From a virus (taxonomy: Duplodnaviria > Heunggongvirae > Uroviricota > Caudoviricetes): a stretch of DNA of 64,000 bases. Position 1 is the first letter of the stretch. Each line of letters begins with the position of its first letter. The stretch lies in the IMG/VR virus record IMGVR_UViG_3300031344_000001; one strand, given 5' to 3'. The position numbers were made by a program, and so were the translations under genes. The notes below the pieces were generated by a model. It was not told the origin of the DNA. It saw only the letters and a list, made by a program, of their open reading frames with translations, and did not search any database. Positions 21,673-33,879 of this stretch are shown here, one piece after another.

Positions 21673-22016
21673 AGCGTTCAGCGTGCGAGCCACGACTGAC
21701 TATCATCAAGGCACCGAACAAACCGGTGGGTCTTCACCTCGAAGCTGTGCGCCGCGAGATGGAAGCGCGCGGAGCGCCCACGATCCGCGCGTGGTGGGAC
21801 GGGCAAGCTTGGATCGCGCTCGAAGGATCCCACCGGCTCGCCGCCGCGCACGCGCTCAGGCTGACGCCTGTCCTCGTCGCAATGCAGCTCGACGACGTGC
21901 TGGACGACCACGACTTTCAGGACGTCGCGCCGCACGCGACGGTGCGGACGCTGGTCGCCTACCTCACCGACAGCTGCCGCGGCCCGAGCTACCGTTTCTG
22001 CCAGGGGTCATCATGA
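21669..22016 (+). CDS. Minimal ParB/Srx-like domain protein
   Basis: PTIRAWW..ALEGSHRLAAA. Confidence 0.6.
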   Translation: MKRSACEPRLTIIKAPNKPVGLHLEAVRREMEARGAPTIRAWWDGQAWIALEGSHRLAAAHALRLTPVLVAMQLDDVLDDHDFQDVAPHATVRTLVAYLTDSCRGPSYRFCQGSS

Positions 22017-22295
22017 AGCACGAACGTCAGCCGTTGCAGAACGTCGTCGCCCAACTCGCGACGAAGACTCGACGCCTGAACGAGCTGGACGACCGGATCG
22101 CGGACGCGCTGGCGGCGATCGAACGGGTCCTCCGCGCGCGCAGCTCGATGAAGCACCCCGTCGACGTGTCGTTCCCGCCGTGGGGCAAGCTCGGTTGGAG
22201 CGGGCGCCGTGGGCTCTGGCGCCTGGTGGTCGTCGACGAAGACGCTTGCGAGGACTTGTTCACGATGCCGCGTGCGTGTCGCGCGGAGGCGTGCC

Positions 22296-24514
<2,219 letters not shown>

Positions 24515-24534
24515 TGAAACGGTAGACCCAACCG

Positions 24535-24792
24535 ATGCGTCTTTCCTGGGATGACCTCAACGCGCTCTCACGGCTCGCCGATCGGAAGGCCGCGGAGACG
24601 AGCTTGCCTTTCAAGGAGCGCAAGAACTGGGTTCGGGCGTCCGAGCGCCTCTTCGACGGCGCTCCGCAGCGCGGAGACTTTCGTGTCACGGCAGAGCTGG
24701 CCGAGCTGGAGGCCGCGCGGCAGCGAGACCCTCGCGAGCGTCAGCGCCTCCTCGATCTTGCGCGACGTGCGATGGAAGAGTGGTTCGCGTAG
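24535..24792 (+). CDS. Hypothetical protein
   Basis: Divergent from fibre B. Confidence 0.6.
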   Translation: MRLSWDDLNALSRLADRKAAETSLPFKERKNWVRASERLFDGAPQRGDFRVTAELAELEAARQRDPRERQRLLDLARRAMEEWFA

Positions 24793-24816
24793 AAGGAGCA
24801 GCGACGCTGGACCGGT

Positions 24817-25446
24817 ATGCTCGGGGTCGTGCCCGCCTCCAAGCCTCCCACGATCGCGCGCATCCTTGGCGTGCGCGACACGCGCGACCGCGTCGAGGTC
24901 GGAGATCGCTGGGTACCCGTGCCCGGGTCGGGCGACCTGCGCGCGTGCGACCGCTGCGGGCGCGAGCACGAGGTCCACGTCGACGTGGAGCTGTCCGACG
25001 GCCGACGGGCGAACGTCGGCTCCGGCTGCGCCAAGGGCGAGTCGCTGGAGGTGCAGTCGCGGCTCAAGAGCGCGGTGAGCGCCGCCAAGACGCGCTCGCG
25101 GCTGCGCGCCGAGCTCGCGGTCGCGCGTGAAGAGCACGCTCGCGCGGCACACGCATGGCGCGAGGTGCAGGCGCTCGCGGCACCGTCACCGCGCCTCTTG
25201 GAAGAGACCCACGAGGAGCGCGGCACACGCCAGGTCTGGGGCATGGACGACGCGCGTGTGTGGACCCTCGCCGGCAGCCGTGGTTTCGACACCGAGCGCC
25301 GCCAAGCGCTCCTCTCCGCTTGGCGGGGCAAGCACTACCGCGAGCGGGGCTTCGACCTGCCTCCGTACAGTTACGAGCGCCGCGTGGAAGACCTGGTCGA
25401 GCGACTGACCAAGATCGACCGCAAGCTGGAAGCCCTGATGTTCTGA
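24817..25446 (+). CDS. Hypothetical protein with CDRC..H..GC zinc motif
   Basis: AAGGAG upstream. Confidence 0.6.
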   Translation: MLGVVPASKPPTIARILGVRDTRDRVEVGDRWVPVPGSGDLRACDRCGREHEVHVDVELSDGRRANVGSGCAKGESLEVQSRLKSAVSAAKTRSRLRAELAVAREEHARAAHAWREVQALAAPSPRLLEETHEERGTRQVWGMDDARVWTLAGSRGFDTERRQALLSAWRGKHYRERGFDLPPYSYERRVEDLVERLTKIDRKLEALMF

Positions 25447-25548
25447 CACCGGGAGTTGCGCCGCAGGGGGTGCAACAATTGGCTGCATTGTCGACGGCGC
25501 GAGCAGCAGGTAGTGTGAGAAAGCCAGTCAAGGCGAGGGGGACTAAGG

Positions 25549-25815
25549 ATGATGGACATTGCCGTCGAGAAGTTACTGCGTCAGCACAGCGAGGCTGGAC
25601 GACGCTTCATCGAGTCGTCATACGACGTGGACCTGTTGCGTCGCGCGTACAACGCCATCGTCGACAGGCTCTGCGCGTTATACGGCGAAGCGTCGCACGA
25701 GGTCGAGCGCCTACGTCGCGCGTACAACGCGATCGTCGACAGGCTCAGCGCGCTCCGCGCGCTCAACGACGGGACTCTCCTCCAAAGCGCGCCCGGGGCG
25801 CTCGCGCTGTCCTGA
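25549..25815 (+). CDS. Hypothetical protein with internal 12-aa duplication
   Basis: LRRAYNAIVDRL x2, 75-nt period. Confidence 0.6.
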   Translation: MMDIAVEKLLRQHSEAGRRFIESSYDVDLLRRAYNAIVDRLCALYGEASHEVERLRRAYNAIVDRLSALRALNDGTLLQSAPGALALS

Positions 25816-25824
25816 GGTGGCGGG

Positions 25825-25845
25825 TATCCGGGTACGCCACTACCC
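25825..25845 (+). promoter_or_regulatory. GGGT-N8-ACCC motif, copy 8
   Basis: GGGTATCCGGGT-ACGCCA-CTACCC, intergenic. Confidence 0.6.
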
Positions 25846-25950
25846 GTCGACGCGGCGCCACGGCAGACGGCGCTCGGGCTGAGCGCCGTCGCGTGCTCAC
25901 CCGACTTACCAGCCTCGCGGATTGGCGCGCGACTCGCATTAAGTCAGGGC

Positions 25951-26313
25951 ATGACGCCAGCCCAGATCAGCAAGGCTGCCCAGCGCGCGCGCGGGAACGT
26001 GCAGGCGCTCCTGGACCACCGCAACGCTTTCACCATCGGCTGGTGCGCCGCCTTCGTGCAGCGGGGACGCCTCCACGTCGTCCAGCGCGTGCACCTCGCG
26101 GAGGGCGCCTGTCGCGTGCTCCTCAATCGCCAGATCACGGTGGCCATCGACTGGCTGAACAACGTCCGCGCCAGCACCGGCGCGCGCGGGGTCTTCATCT
26201 GCGTCGACGAGCGCGGCTACACGGTGCGCCTCGCTGGCGCGCTCTACCACGTAGACCCGAGCAACGTGCGTGTCCAGCACGCCAAGGGATCGGCCTACGA
26301 GGCGGCGGCGTGA
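25951..26313 (+). CDS. Hypothetical protein
   Basis: First ORF after the motif. Confidence 0.55.
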   Translation: MTPAQISKAAQRARGNVQALLDHRNAFTIGWCAAFVQRGRLHVVQRVHLAEGACRVLLNRQITVAIDWLNNVRASTGARGVFICVDERGYTVRLAGALYHVDPSNVRVQHAKGSAYEAAA

Positions 26314-26546
26314 GCGCCTCGATCAAGATCACGCTGTACAGCGACGAGGGTCCGGCGCCTGAGATCCAGAGCCTCTCTTCGAGTCGAGAAGAAGCGTCAC
26401 GGATCGAATGGCTCGCGCTCGTCGGAACGGCCAAGCACCTGCTGCGCGGGCACCGCGAGCACCTGCCCGCGCCGCAGCTCGCGGCGCTCAAGGCTCTGGT
26501 CACTTTTGCGCTGGTAACCGAAGGAGACCCCGATGTCACTCTCTGA
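26310..26546 (+). CDS. Hypothetical protein
   Basis: GTGA overlap. Confidence 0.5.
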   Translation: MSASIKITLYSDEGPAPEIQSLSSSREEASRIEWLALVGTAKHLLRGHREHLPAPQLAALKALVTFALVTEGDPDVTL

Positions 26547-27237
26547 TCGCGACAAGACTCCCAAGCTCAGCGGCTGGGGGCACGACTTCCACCACACCAA
26601 CCCGCAGCGCCGCGTCCCGTGTGTTCTCGGCGACATGCTCGCGCCGCTCAGCGCGGACGACATCGCGCCGATCACGCCCGCGGCGATGGCGTCGGTGCAG
26701 GCCGCGCTCAACCTGCTCGCCGACCTGGTCGAGGACCGCGAGCACGGCCTCTTCCTCGCGGTCAGCCACAAGCTGGAGGAGTACCGCGAGAAGGCGTGCG
26801 ACATCCGGCTCGCCGCGAGGGGCCTCGCCGGGATCCTGCGCGTGGAGGAGCCCGTCGTGGAGAAAGCCCCGGTCGTCGAGGACGCCGAGACCGCGGCCGA
26901 CGCGAAGAAGGCCGAGACCGATCGCCTCGTCGCCGAGATGGAAGCGCTGCCGCCGTACCACGGTTGGGCGTTCACGTACGAGTACCCGGGCTTCTTCCGC
27001 TACAGCCACCCGGAGCTGTCGTACAGCGTCTTCTTCACGCCCGACTACAACGACGACGAGAGCATGCCGATCGAGGTCCAGACCGACGACGGCGACTACG
27101 TCGAGGAGCACAGCACGGAGCTGCCGCTGCCGCGCGAGGGGCGCACGGGCGAGAAGCTCCTCGGCCTCGTGAGCCCGTCGCTCGACAAGCTCGCCGCCCT
27201 CGCGGGGGTCCGGCGCAGCGCAGAGGTGCTGCCGTGA
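26533..27237 (+). CDS. Hypothetical protein with C-terminal aromatic beta domain
   Basis: AAGGAG RBS; domain repeated in the next gene. Confidence 0.7.
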   Translation: MSLSDRDKTPKLSGWGHDFHHTNPQRRVPCVLGDMLAPLSADDIAPITPAAMASVQAALNLLADLVEDREHGLFLAVSHKLEEYREKACDIRLAARGLAGILRVEEPVVEKAPVVEDAETAADAKKAETDRLVAEMEALPPYHGWAFTYEYPGFFRYSHPELSYSVFFTPDYNDDESMPIEVQTDDGDYVEEHSTELPLPREGRTGEKLLGLVSPSLDKLAALAGVRRSAEVLP

Positions 27238-27862
27238 ACGAGCGCCTCGTTGCCGAGATGGCGGCACTGCCGTCGTACCGCGGCTGGACGTTCACGCACA
27301 CGCCCGCGGGCTACTCCTTCAGCCACCCGGAGTTGCCGTACACCGTCTTCTTCTCGCCCTACTGGGATGGTTTCTTCACGCCCTCCTGGGAGCTTGCCGA
27401 GGGCCTGCGGATCAGGGTCCAGACCAGCGAGGGAGACTTCGCCGAGGAGTACAGCGCGCTGCTGCCGCTGCCGTTGCCGCAGGAGTACGTGCGTAAGGGT
27501 GAGATGCTGAGATGCTGCTCGACCTCCTGCGCCCCACGCTCGACAAGCTCCGCCTGACACTGGCGCCGAAACTGCCCGAGGTCGAGGGGAAGACGCTCCA
27601 ACAAGCGTACGCGACGATTCACACCGCCAAGAAGCTTTCGGAAGTGGCGACGCCGGGGCCGTGGCAGACGGTGCCGTGTCGTGAGCCGCGTGAGAACGCC
27701 GACGGCGAGCTGCGTGTCCGCCTGTCGCCGGCCGAGGTCTCAGCCCTCCAGTTGGCGCTTGAGCACGTCCGTGTCCACATGGCCCACGCGCACTCGTGGG
27801 ATGTCCGCGATGCCGCGATGAGCGCGATCTGCAAGGTGCTCGCTGCTGCGCGCACCGCGTGA
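27234..27862 (+). pseudogene. Paralog of the preceding domain, frameshifted by an 8-bp duplication
   Basis: GAGATGCT x2 at 27501-27516; repair gives GEMLLDLLRPTLDKL versus paralog GEKLLGLVSPSLDKL. Confidence 0.75.
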
Positions 27863-27917
27863 TCGTGAGATTCTTCGCCGCATGCGCGACGGCGTTCCGC
27901 AGCAAGAGAGGGCAGCT

Positions 27918-28133
27918 ATGGCCAAGACACTGACCGCATCCACCATCACCGACGACGCGATCCGCCAGCACTACCGTGCGAACCGCGACGTCCGGCTGCT
28001 CGATATGCTGATGATCGCCATCTACAGCCACGACGTCGAGCTGCGCAGCGACGCGCGCGCACACTTCGCCGCGCGCGTCAACGCGCTCGGCATCAAGCGA
28101 ACCACGCTCGAAGCGATCGAGGCGACGCCATGA
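27918..28133 (+). CDS. Hypothetical protein
   Basis: GAGG upstream; ATGA overlap with next gene. Confidence 0.55.
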   Translation: MAKTLTASTITDDAIRQHYRANRDVRLLDMLMIAIYSHDVELRSDARAHFAARVNALGIKRTTLEAIEATP

Positions 28134-28375
28134 TGCACCGCGTCCTGATCGAGTTCGTGGTGGACGTCCCCAACGAGGGCGTCGCGGGTGACGTGATGAC
28201 GCGGATCGCCCACGAGCACCACGAGCGGCTGTGCGACACGCTCCAATCCGTGACGGGCTACGCGCCGCTTCAGACCCCCGATCGGCAGGGGCTCCTCATC
28301 GTGATCGAGCCGGTGACGTGGGACGCGGGCGAGCAGGACTGGGTCGGGCCCGAGGACGATGACGACGACAAGTAA
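28130..28375 (+). CDS. Hypothetical protein
   Basis: Coupled ORF. Confidence 0.6.
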   Translation: MMHRVLIEFVVDVPNEGVAGDVMTRIAHEHHERLCDTLQSVTGYAPLQTPDRQGLLIVIEPVTWDAGEQDWVGPEDDDDDK

Positions 28376-28706
28376 CAGGGGACGTGTGGTGCCGCCGCCA
28401 ACGCGCAACCACCGCCAGCTCGCGGACTGGATCAACGTGCAGAAGCTCGTCGACGACCGCGGTCGGCCGGTCGAGGCCCGCGTCGACCGCGTCACGACAA
28501 ACACCGACCGCCAGCTCGCCGGCACGCGCCTCCGGCATGTCGGCCGCGGTCGCCAGGGACTCGTGCTGGAGATCTGGCCCGTCGGCGCCGACACCTGGCG
28601 TCGCGAGCAGCGTCTCTTCCGACATGAGTCGAGCGAGACGTACCGACGGCACGAGGAGGCGCGTGCGTGGGTCGAGCAGAACCTGCGGCGCGGGAGCGCG
28701 CCGTGA
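28359..28706 (+). CDS. Hypothetical protein
   Basis: Coupled ORF; start uncertain. Confidence 0.5.
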   Translation: MTTTSNRGRVVPPPTRNHRQLADWINVQKLVDDRGRPVEARVDRVTTNTDRQLAGTRLRHVGRGRQGLVLEIWPVGADTWRREQRLFRHESSETYRRHEEARAWVEQNLRRGSAP

Positions 28707-28954
28707 AGGGGCTCACCTACGGCACCGCGCGATTCCTGTACGCGGCGTACCTCGCCGCGATCTTCGTGACCCTCGCGGTCCTGGACGTCTACCTGCTGGG
28801 CGCCGTTCTCGCAATGTCGGTGGCGTTCGCGGGCGTCGAGCACCTCATCGAGCACCTCGTCGAGCGGCGGCGTCTCAGGTTGCGTCGACTGGCCACGGCG
28901 CTGGAGTTGGAGGGGGACGCTACCATCGGGGCCGGGCGGCCGAGGCGCGACTAG
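28703..28954 (+). CDS. Small membrane protein
   Basis: GTGA overlap; two hydrophobic segments. Confidence 0.55.
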   Translation: MKGLTYGTARFLYAAYLAAIFVTLAVLDVYLLGAVLAMSVAFAGVEHLIEHLVERRRLRLRRLATALELEGDATIGAGRPRRD

Positions 28955-28957
28955 GCG

Positions 28958-29257
28958 ATGGAGCTTCCGTGGTGGAGCACGAGGCCGTGGTGGAGCACGA
29001 GGTCCCAAGCGCAGCAGCGAAGAGACCGAAGTCCGCGCGCGGGGTCTCCGTGGACACCGGCAGAAGATCGACGCCTCCTGCGCGCCGTGGAACGCATGGA
29101 GAACCGCGCGGTCGCGCCGTGGCAGCACGCGCCCCAGGTCGATTGGATCAAGCTCGCTCGTCGTCACCAGCGATCCATCTTGGCCGTGCGTGGCCGGGTC
29201 TCGACACTGCGCGCCGCGGCGCGCCTGGCACACGGTATAGGCGCACGTACCAAGTAA
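28958..29257 (+). CDS. Myb/SANT-like HTH protein
   Basis: SPWTPAEDRRLL..VDWIKLARRHQRSILAVRGR. Confidence 0.55.
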   Translation: MELPWWSTRPWWSTRSQAQQRRDRSPRAGSPWTPAEDRRLLRAVERMENRAVAPWQHAPQVDWIKLARRHQRSILAVRGRVSTLRAAARLAHGIGARTK

Positions 29258-29269
29258 GACGTTTCGCGG

Positions 29270-29731
29270 ATGACGAATAACAGGAACAGGAACCTCCAGC
29301 TCGCGCACGTGGGCCTGATGCAACAGCGGCCCCGATCACTTGTCGGAAGGCGCTCGATCTCGATCGTGCGCTACCCGACGGAGACCGTCTTCGGGCCGAT
29401 GCGTGCCGGCGAGAGAGAGATCAAGGTCGGCGACGAACGGGTCAACGTGGACAGCGTGCGCCTGCGCGTGTTCTTGACCAAGGGCTGCACGTGCGTCTCG
29501 TGCGGCCTGACGGGGACGCACTTCAGGGCCGAGCGCGGCAGCTCTCTCGACGAGCGCCCGCACGTCAACCTGTACGGTGCAGGACCGACCGGTCTCGAGG
29601 TGATGCTCACCGTCGACCACGTCTTCCCGAAGAGCCGCGGTGGCCCCCGGTCGATCGACAACCTTCAGGTCATGTGCGCGCCCTGCAACGCGCGCAAGGG
29701 TGCGAGGGTGCAGGACGGAGGCTCCCCATGA
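29270..29731 (+). CDS. HNH endonuclease
   Basis: [32 protein letters not shown]. Confidence 0.88.
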   Translation: MTNNRNRNLQLAHVGLMQQRPRSLVGRRSISIVRYPTETVFGPMRAGEREIKVGDERVNVDSVRLRVFLTKGCTCVSCGLTGTHFRAERGSSLDERPHVNLYGAGPTGLEVMLTVDHVFPKSRGGPRSIDNLQVMCAPCNARKGARVQDGGSP

Positions 29732-30183
29732 GCGCTTGCATCGTCTGCTCGAACGCTGCTTTCCGAGGACTGTCCATGAACGACAGGAGCGCCCTCGCGC
29801 TCGTCGCACGCGACCTCGTCCAGGGCATGGTCGAGGGGTTGCGCAGCAGCAAAGACAGCCTCAAGAGCTTACAACTGCCGAGCCGCGGTACACGCATCGT
29901 GGAGCGGTGCGCGCGGACCGTCGAGGCGCCGTGCCGGGGCTGCCAGAAGCCTGACTGCCCCCGTTGCGCGATCGCCGCGGAGCTGCGCGCCGCGGAATCA
30001 CGCATCAACGCCGAGCGTGACGCAGAGCTCGACGACTCGGACATCGAGGTCGTCGTCGACAAGCTGGTCGCGGACCTCTGCGCAGACCACGCGGCGTTCG
30101 GGCCCGCGCTCGCGGGGCAGTGGTACGGACGGGGCGGCGTCCTGGGAGCGTCGACGACCGTCGACGGCGCGCACGACTCGTGA
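29728..30183 (+). CDS. Cys-rich hypothetical protein
   Basis: ATGA overlap; CIVC and CRGC..CPRC. Confidence 0.55.
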   Translation: MSACIVCSNAAFRGLSMNDRSALALVARDLVQGMVEGLRSSKDSLKSLQLPSRGTRIVERCARTVEAPCRGCQKPDCPRCAIAAELRAAESRINAERDAELDDSDIEVVVDKLVADLCADHAAFGPALAGQWYGRGGVLGASTTVDGAHDS

Positions 30184-30683
30184 CGACCTACTTCGTTAGC
30201 GGGCACCTCGACCTCACGGAGGAGGAGTTCCGCGACCACTACGCGCCGCGGCTCTCCGCGGCTCTCGCAGATGATCCCGACGCAGCCTTCGTCGTCGGTG
30301 ACGCGCGGGGCTGCGATCGCATGGCGCAGCGCTACCTCTGCGACGTGCACGCGGACCGCGTGCGCGTGTTCCACAGGCTCGGCGCGCCACGGAACAACGA
30401 GGGCGGCTCTCCCACGGTGGGGGGCTTTCCCAGCGATGACGCGCGCGACGTGGCGATGACCGCGGTCTCCGACGCCGATATCGCCTGGGTTCGCCCGGGT
30501 CGCGAGCGCAGCGGGACCGCGGCGAACCTGGCGCGGCGCGCGACCGCCGCGAGTCAACTCGCGGGCGCCCCGGGGAGGTGCCATGCAGGCGCGGGGCACG
30601 ACGTCGCCAGCGACTGCGGTGCGTTCGGGTGGCTGTGCACCGACTGCTTCGCACGCGTCACGCGCCTCTTGAAGAGGGCGTGA
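30180..30683 (+). CDS. SLOG-superfamily (YspA/DprA-like) nucleotide-binding protein
   Basis: FVSGH, FVVGDARGCD, RDVAM..SDADIAW and SGTAAN. Confidence 0.65.
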   Translation: MTTYFVSGHLDLTEEEFRDHYAPRLSAALADDPDAAFVVGDARGCDRMAQRYLCDVHADRVRVFHRLGAPRNNEGGSPTVGGFPSDDARDVAMTAVSDADIAWVRPGRERSGTAANLARRATAASQLAGAPGRCHAGAGHDVASDCGAFGWLCTDCFARVTRLLKRA

Positions 30684-31017
30684 AAAACAGGACAGCGTCC
30701 AGGAGCTGCCCGCATTCCGGCGTCCAGACGCCGTGCGCGACGACGTAGTGCTCGGCCTTCTCGGGCCACACGAACCCGAAGCGCTCGAGGTCCATCGATC
30801 CGAGGTGCGCTCCGCAGAGCCGGCAGTCCGCCCAGCCCATCGCCTGGGTGCCGGGATGCGCGTCGACACCGTTCTTGAGGACGAGGGCGACGGCCGCGCG
30901 GCACCACGCGGGGACCGTCACGTCGACGAAGTCCTGCGGTCGCGCGCCGGGCGTGCTCCCCCAGTACAGCGCGCGCCGCAGCGACGGGGGTGACGGCCAG
31001 GCCGGATCGCAGTTCAT
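30658..31017 (-). CDS. Hypothetical protein
   Basis: GWADCRLCG..GS.DL..FVWPE..HYV..H zinc-binding pattern. Confidence 0.6.
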   Translation of the reverse strand: MNCDPAWPSPPSLRRALYWGSTPGARPQDFVDVTVPAWCRAAVALVLKNGVDAHPGTQAMGWADCRLCGAHLGSMDLERFGFVWPEKAEHYVVAHGVWTPECGQLLDAVLFFTPSSRGA

Positions 31018-31103
31018 CAAAGTGTAGTGTAGTGCAGCTGGGCCGCTGTGTTGTGCTCCGAGTAGATCATGACCCGTATCTTGAGGGTCCCAGTGGCACC
31101 GGC

Positions 31104-31126
31104 CAGAGACGGGTAGCCCTTTACCC
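31104..31126 (+). promoter_or_regulatory. GGGT-N8-ACCC motif, copy 9 (variant)
   Basis: GAGACGGGT-AGCCCT-TTACCC. Confidence 0.4.
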
Positions 31127-31447
31127 CCACGCCGTCGTTCGACGCAGTACGCGGCGCGGGCGGCACGTGAGTTGCTTTCACCAAGGGTGATGCCGAAGTC
31201 GACGACTGACGTCCCCGCCGATACCGACGTCGACGCCGACGAGCCACTGGCGCCCTGCCCGCACCCCGAGCACCGCCTCGGCACGCACGGGCGTTGCCTC
31301 AAGACTTCGGCGTGCCTCTCGATTGGTGGAGCCTGCCTCGGAACGGCGGAAGCGGCGTCTCTGATCTAGTGCGGCAGTAACGACTGCCTCTTGTTCCGTC
31401 GAGTGTTTTCTTGGACGCGAGATCGAAGGAGCCGATGATCTCAGCGC

Positions 31448-32209
31448 GTGGTCAAGAAGCGCAGGGAGCGCCCGCGGCGGCGCGCAAGGCGTGCGGAACC
31501 GGAGGCGGTTGAACCGGCGGTCGAGCCGCCCGCATCGGCCGAGGAGTGGCGAGAGTCCGTCGACTACTTCATGCGGATGATCCCGCTGGAGAGCAAGACG
31601 GCTCGTCGACAGGTGCGGCGCCTCATGGTCGCGCTGGATCGAGAGGCGCTGGAGATCCTGCGGATCGCGCGACGGCTGGAGGACCCTGACCTCACGCCGA
31701 AGGACTACGACTGGCTGCGCAGGCGCTACGGTCGGTCGGAGATCGTCACGCAACTCGGTCGAACGTTCGCGGGAGAGCACCTCGCCCTCGCGGGACTGGC
31801 CGAGCTCAGTGACAAGATCGGGTACCTGTCGAGGTACTGGCACGAGCAAGGCGGGATGATCCTGGACCGCGTCGAGTCCCTGCGCGTCGGCGTCGTGCTC
31901 TACGAGCACGAGATCAAACGACTCACCCGTGCCGAACAAAGAGGACCCGGGCGTGGGCGATCGATCGCCTGGGACTACCTCGTCCGCGAGCAGGCCCGAT
32001 GGGACATCTCCGACGACGACGTCAGGGAGAGCCTCCTGCGGGTCAACTTCGTCGCCGACAACGCGGAGAACCGGCTCCTGCTGCTGGACCGAATCAAGAA
32101 GCACCGGCTGCGCCGAGGCGTGAGGAAGAAGGCACCGAAGGCGCCTGGCCCGCCGCGTCGGTCGGGAACTCGACGACCGTCTCCTCGTGGACGAAGTCGC
32201 CCTCGCTAG
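31448..32209 (+). CDS. Hypothetical protein
   Basis: 253-aa ORF with coding-like codon use; 3' overlap with the convergent HTH gene. Confidence 0.55.
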   Translation: MVKKRRERPRRRARRAEPEAVEPAVEPPASAEEWRESVDYFMRMIPLESKTARRQVRRLMVALDREALEILRIARRLEDPDLTPKDYDWLRRRYGRSEIVTQLGRTFAGEHLALAGLAELSDKIGYLSRYWHEQGGMILDRVESLRVGVVLYEHEIKRLTRAEQRGPGRGRSIAWDYLVREQARWDISDDDVRESLLRVNFVADNAENRLLLLDRIKKHRLRRGVRKKAPKAPGPPRRSGTRRPSPRGRSRPR

Positions 32210-32468
32210 GCGGCCTGCCGCAGTGCGGGCACGCGCGCGCGGGTAGTACGGCGCCCGCGAGCAGGTCGTCGATCGAGGTGTCGGTCAGCCGCGCGACGCC
32301 GTACGCGAGCCGCGCGGTCACGTCGCGCCCGCGCGCGTTCGTGATCTTGACGAGCGTGCCTGCCTTCATGCCCAGCGCGTCGGCGAGCGGCTGCCAGCCG
32401 CCGACCTTGAAGCGCAGGAAGCGGATCGCGACGCGCACGTGGTGCTGCTCCCTGTCCGTCAGCCTCAC
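32094..32468 (-). CDS. XRE-like HTH protein with CPHC motif
   Basis: GTGA overlap with transposase stop; WQPLADALGMKAGTL..VARLTDTSIDDLL. Confidence 0.7.
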   Translation of the reverse strand: MRLTDREQHHVRVAIRFLRFKVGGWQPLADALGMKAGTLVKITNARGRDVTARLAYGVARLTDTSIDDLLAGAVLPARACPHCGRPPSEGDFVHEETVVEFPTDAAGQAPSVPSSSRLGAAGAS

Positions 32469-33808
32469 GCCATCACCATGCGCGAGAACTCGGCGTCGAG
32501 ACCGAACTCCTCGATCGCGGAGATGACGCACGTCAGGTTCCAGAGGATCACCTTCGCGAGCACCTCGTTCTGCTGCGCGACGAAGTGCTTGGAACGCACG
32601 CTGTCGCCAAACTTCGCCTTGAGGCCGCCGAACGTGGACTCGACGTTCGAGCGGCGGTGGTAGTGCTTGAAGAACTCCTCCTTCTTGAGGTCGAAGTACG
32701 CCCACATCTTCCGCCAGTGCTCCGACGGGTTCCGCATGTTCCGCTCAGCGGCGCGCTCGTTGGTGATCTTGAACGGGATGAACGGCTGCGCGCCCACCGC
32801 CGCGACGGCGGCCAGGTTATTCTTGCCGAGGTAGGCTTTATCGGCGCTGATCTCCTTCAAGATGAAGCGCCGCGCGCTCGCGTTGACGAGGTCCCGAAAG
32901 TGCGTGGTGTCGCCGGTCCCCTCGCCGACACCCGCGGTGACGCGCGCGGCGGTGATGACGTTCGTCAGCGTCCCCGTCGCGGCGTGCAGCTTGACCCACT
33001 CGTGGATGAACTGCCGCATCGCCTGCTCGTCCTCGGACTTGTACTTCTGGTCGTGCCAGCGTTCGATCGAGACCTCCTTCCCGTCCTTCACGCGCCGCAC
33101 GGTCGTCCGGAAGCCGGTCGCGTCGACGGCGAACTGACCGGCGGCGCACTCGACCTGCGCGAGCGGACCACCGCTCTCCTCCACGCCCCACGTCAGGATC
33201 GGGGTCATGTCGGGGCTCTCCATCGCGCGGAACAGCGTGTTCGAGTCCCAGGGGCGCGAGAGGTAGCCGCGCTCGGCGTAGGCGTGCATGTCCGACTCGG
33301 CACGACGACCGGAGCGGCCCGAGTACACCTTCGCGATGAGGCCGAAGATCGCCTCGCGGTCCGGGATCGGCTTGCGTCCCGACTTGCCAGGCGCGCGCTC
33401 GGCGTCGGGGATCCCGAGGCACAGCGCGTGGAGGAGCTGCGGGAGGCGCCGGCCCTCCGTGGTCTGCGCGCGGTTGTAGCTGGGCCAGTGCTGCTTCGAC
33501 TGCTGCTTCTTCGGGGGCGCGGCCTCGCAGGTCTCCACGTTCACGCCGCCCTCCCACGCGAGCCAGAACATGCACGCCTCGTAGTGCTTGCACGGCTGGT
33601 GACGTTGCCGAAAGTCCGCGCAAGTGCAAGTCCGCTCGACGACGTCGACAAAGTAGGTTGGCGCGTTCGAGTTGGCGCTCTGCGCGGGCACGACGTAGCG
33701 AGCGCCGAGTTGTCGGATGCCGCCGCGCTTGGCGATGTCCCGCCCGCGCTCCTCGCGCGTCGTGGCCAGCGGCTGAAACTCGATGGTGGCGGAGTTTGAG
33801 GACTGCAT
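32465..33808 (-). mobile_element. DDE transposase (IS4/IS5 superfamily-like) with N-terminal SWIM zinc finger
   Basis: CTCADF..CKH SWIM; AVDATGF, SADKAY and YHRRSNVESTFGGLK (Y-2-R-3-E-6-K); element ends not found. Confidence 0.85.
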
Positions 33809-33836
33809 GGGGTTGTTATGACCATATCAACCCCAT
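33807..33836. promoter_or_regulatory. 30-bp near-perfect palindrome overlapping the transposase start
   Basis: ATGGGGTTGTTATG-AC-CATATCAACCCCAT; 13/14 arm match. Confidence 0.6.
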
Positions 33837-33845
33837 ATGACAGGC

Positions 33846-33874
33846 TTGACCTGGGGGTTAGGACGGCATAGTTA
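33846..33874 (+). promoter_or_regulatory. Sigma70-type promoter for the RHH-like gene (possibly leaderless)
   Basis: TTGACC-17 nt-TAGTTA; ATG 6 nt downstream. Confidence 0.45.
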
Positions 33875-33879
33875 AGGCC

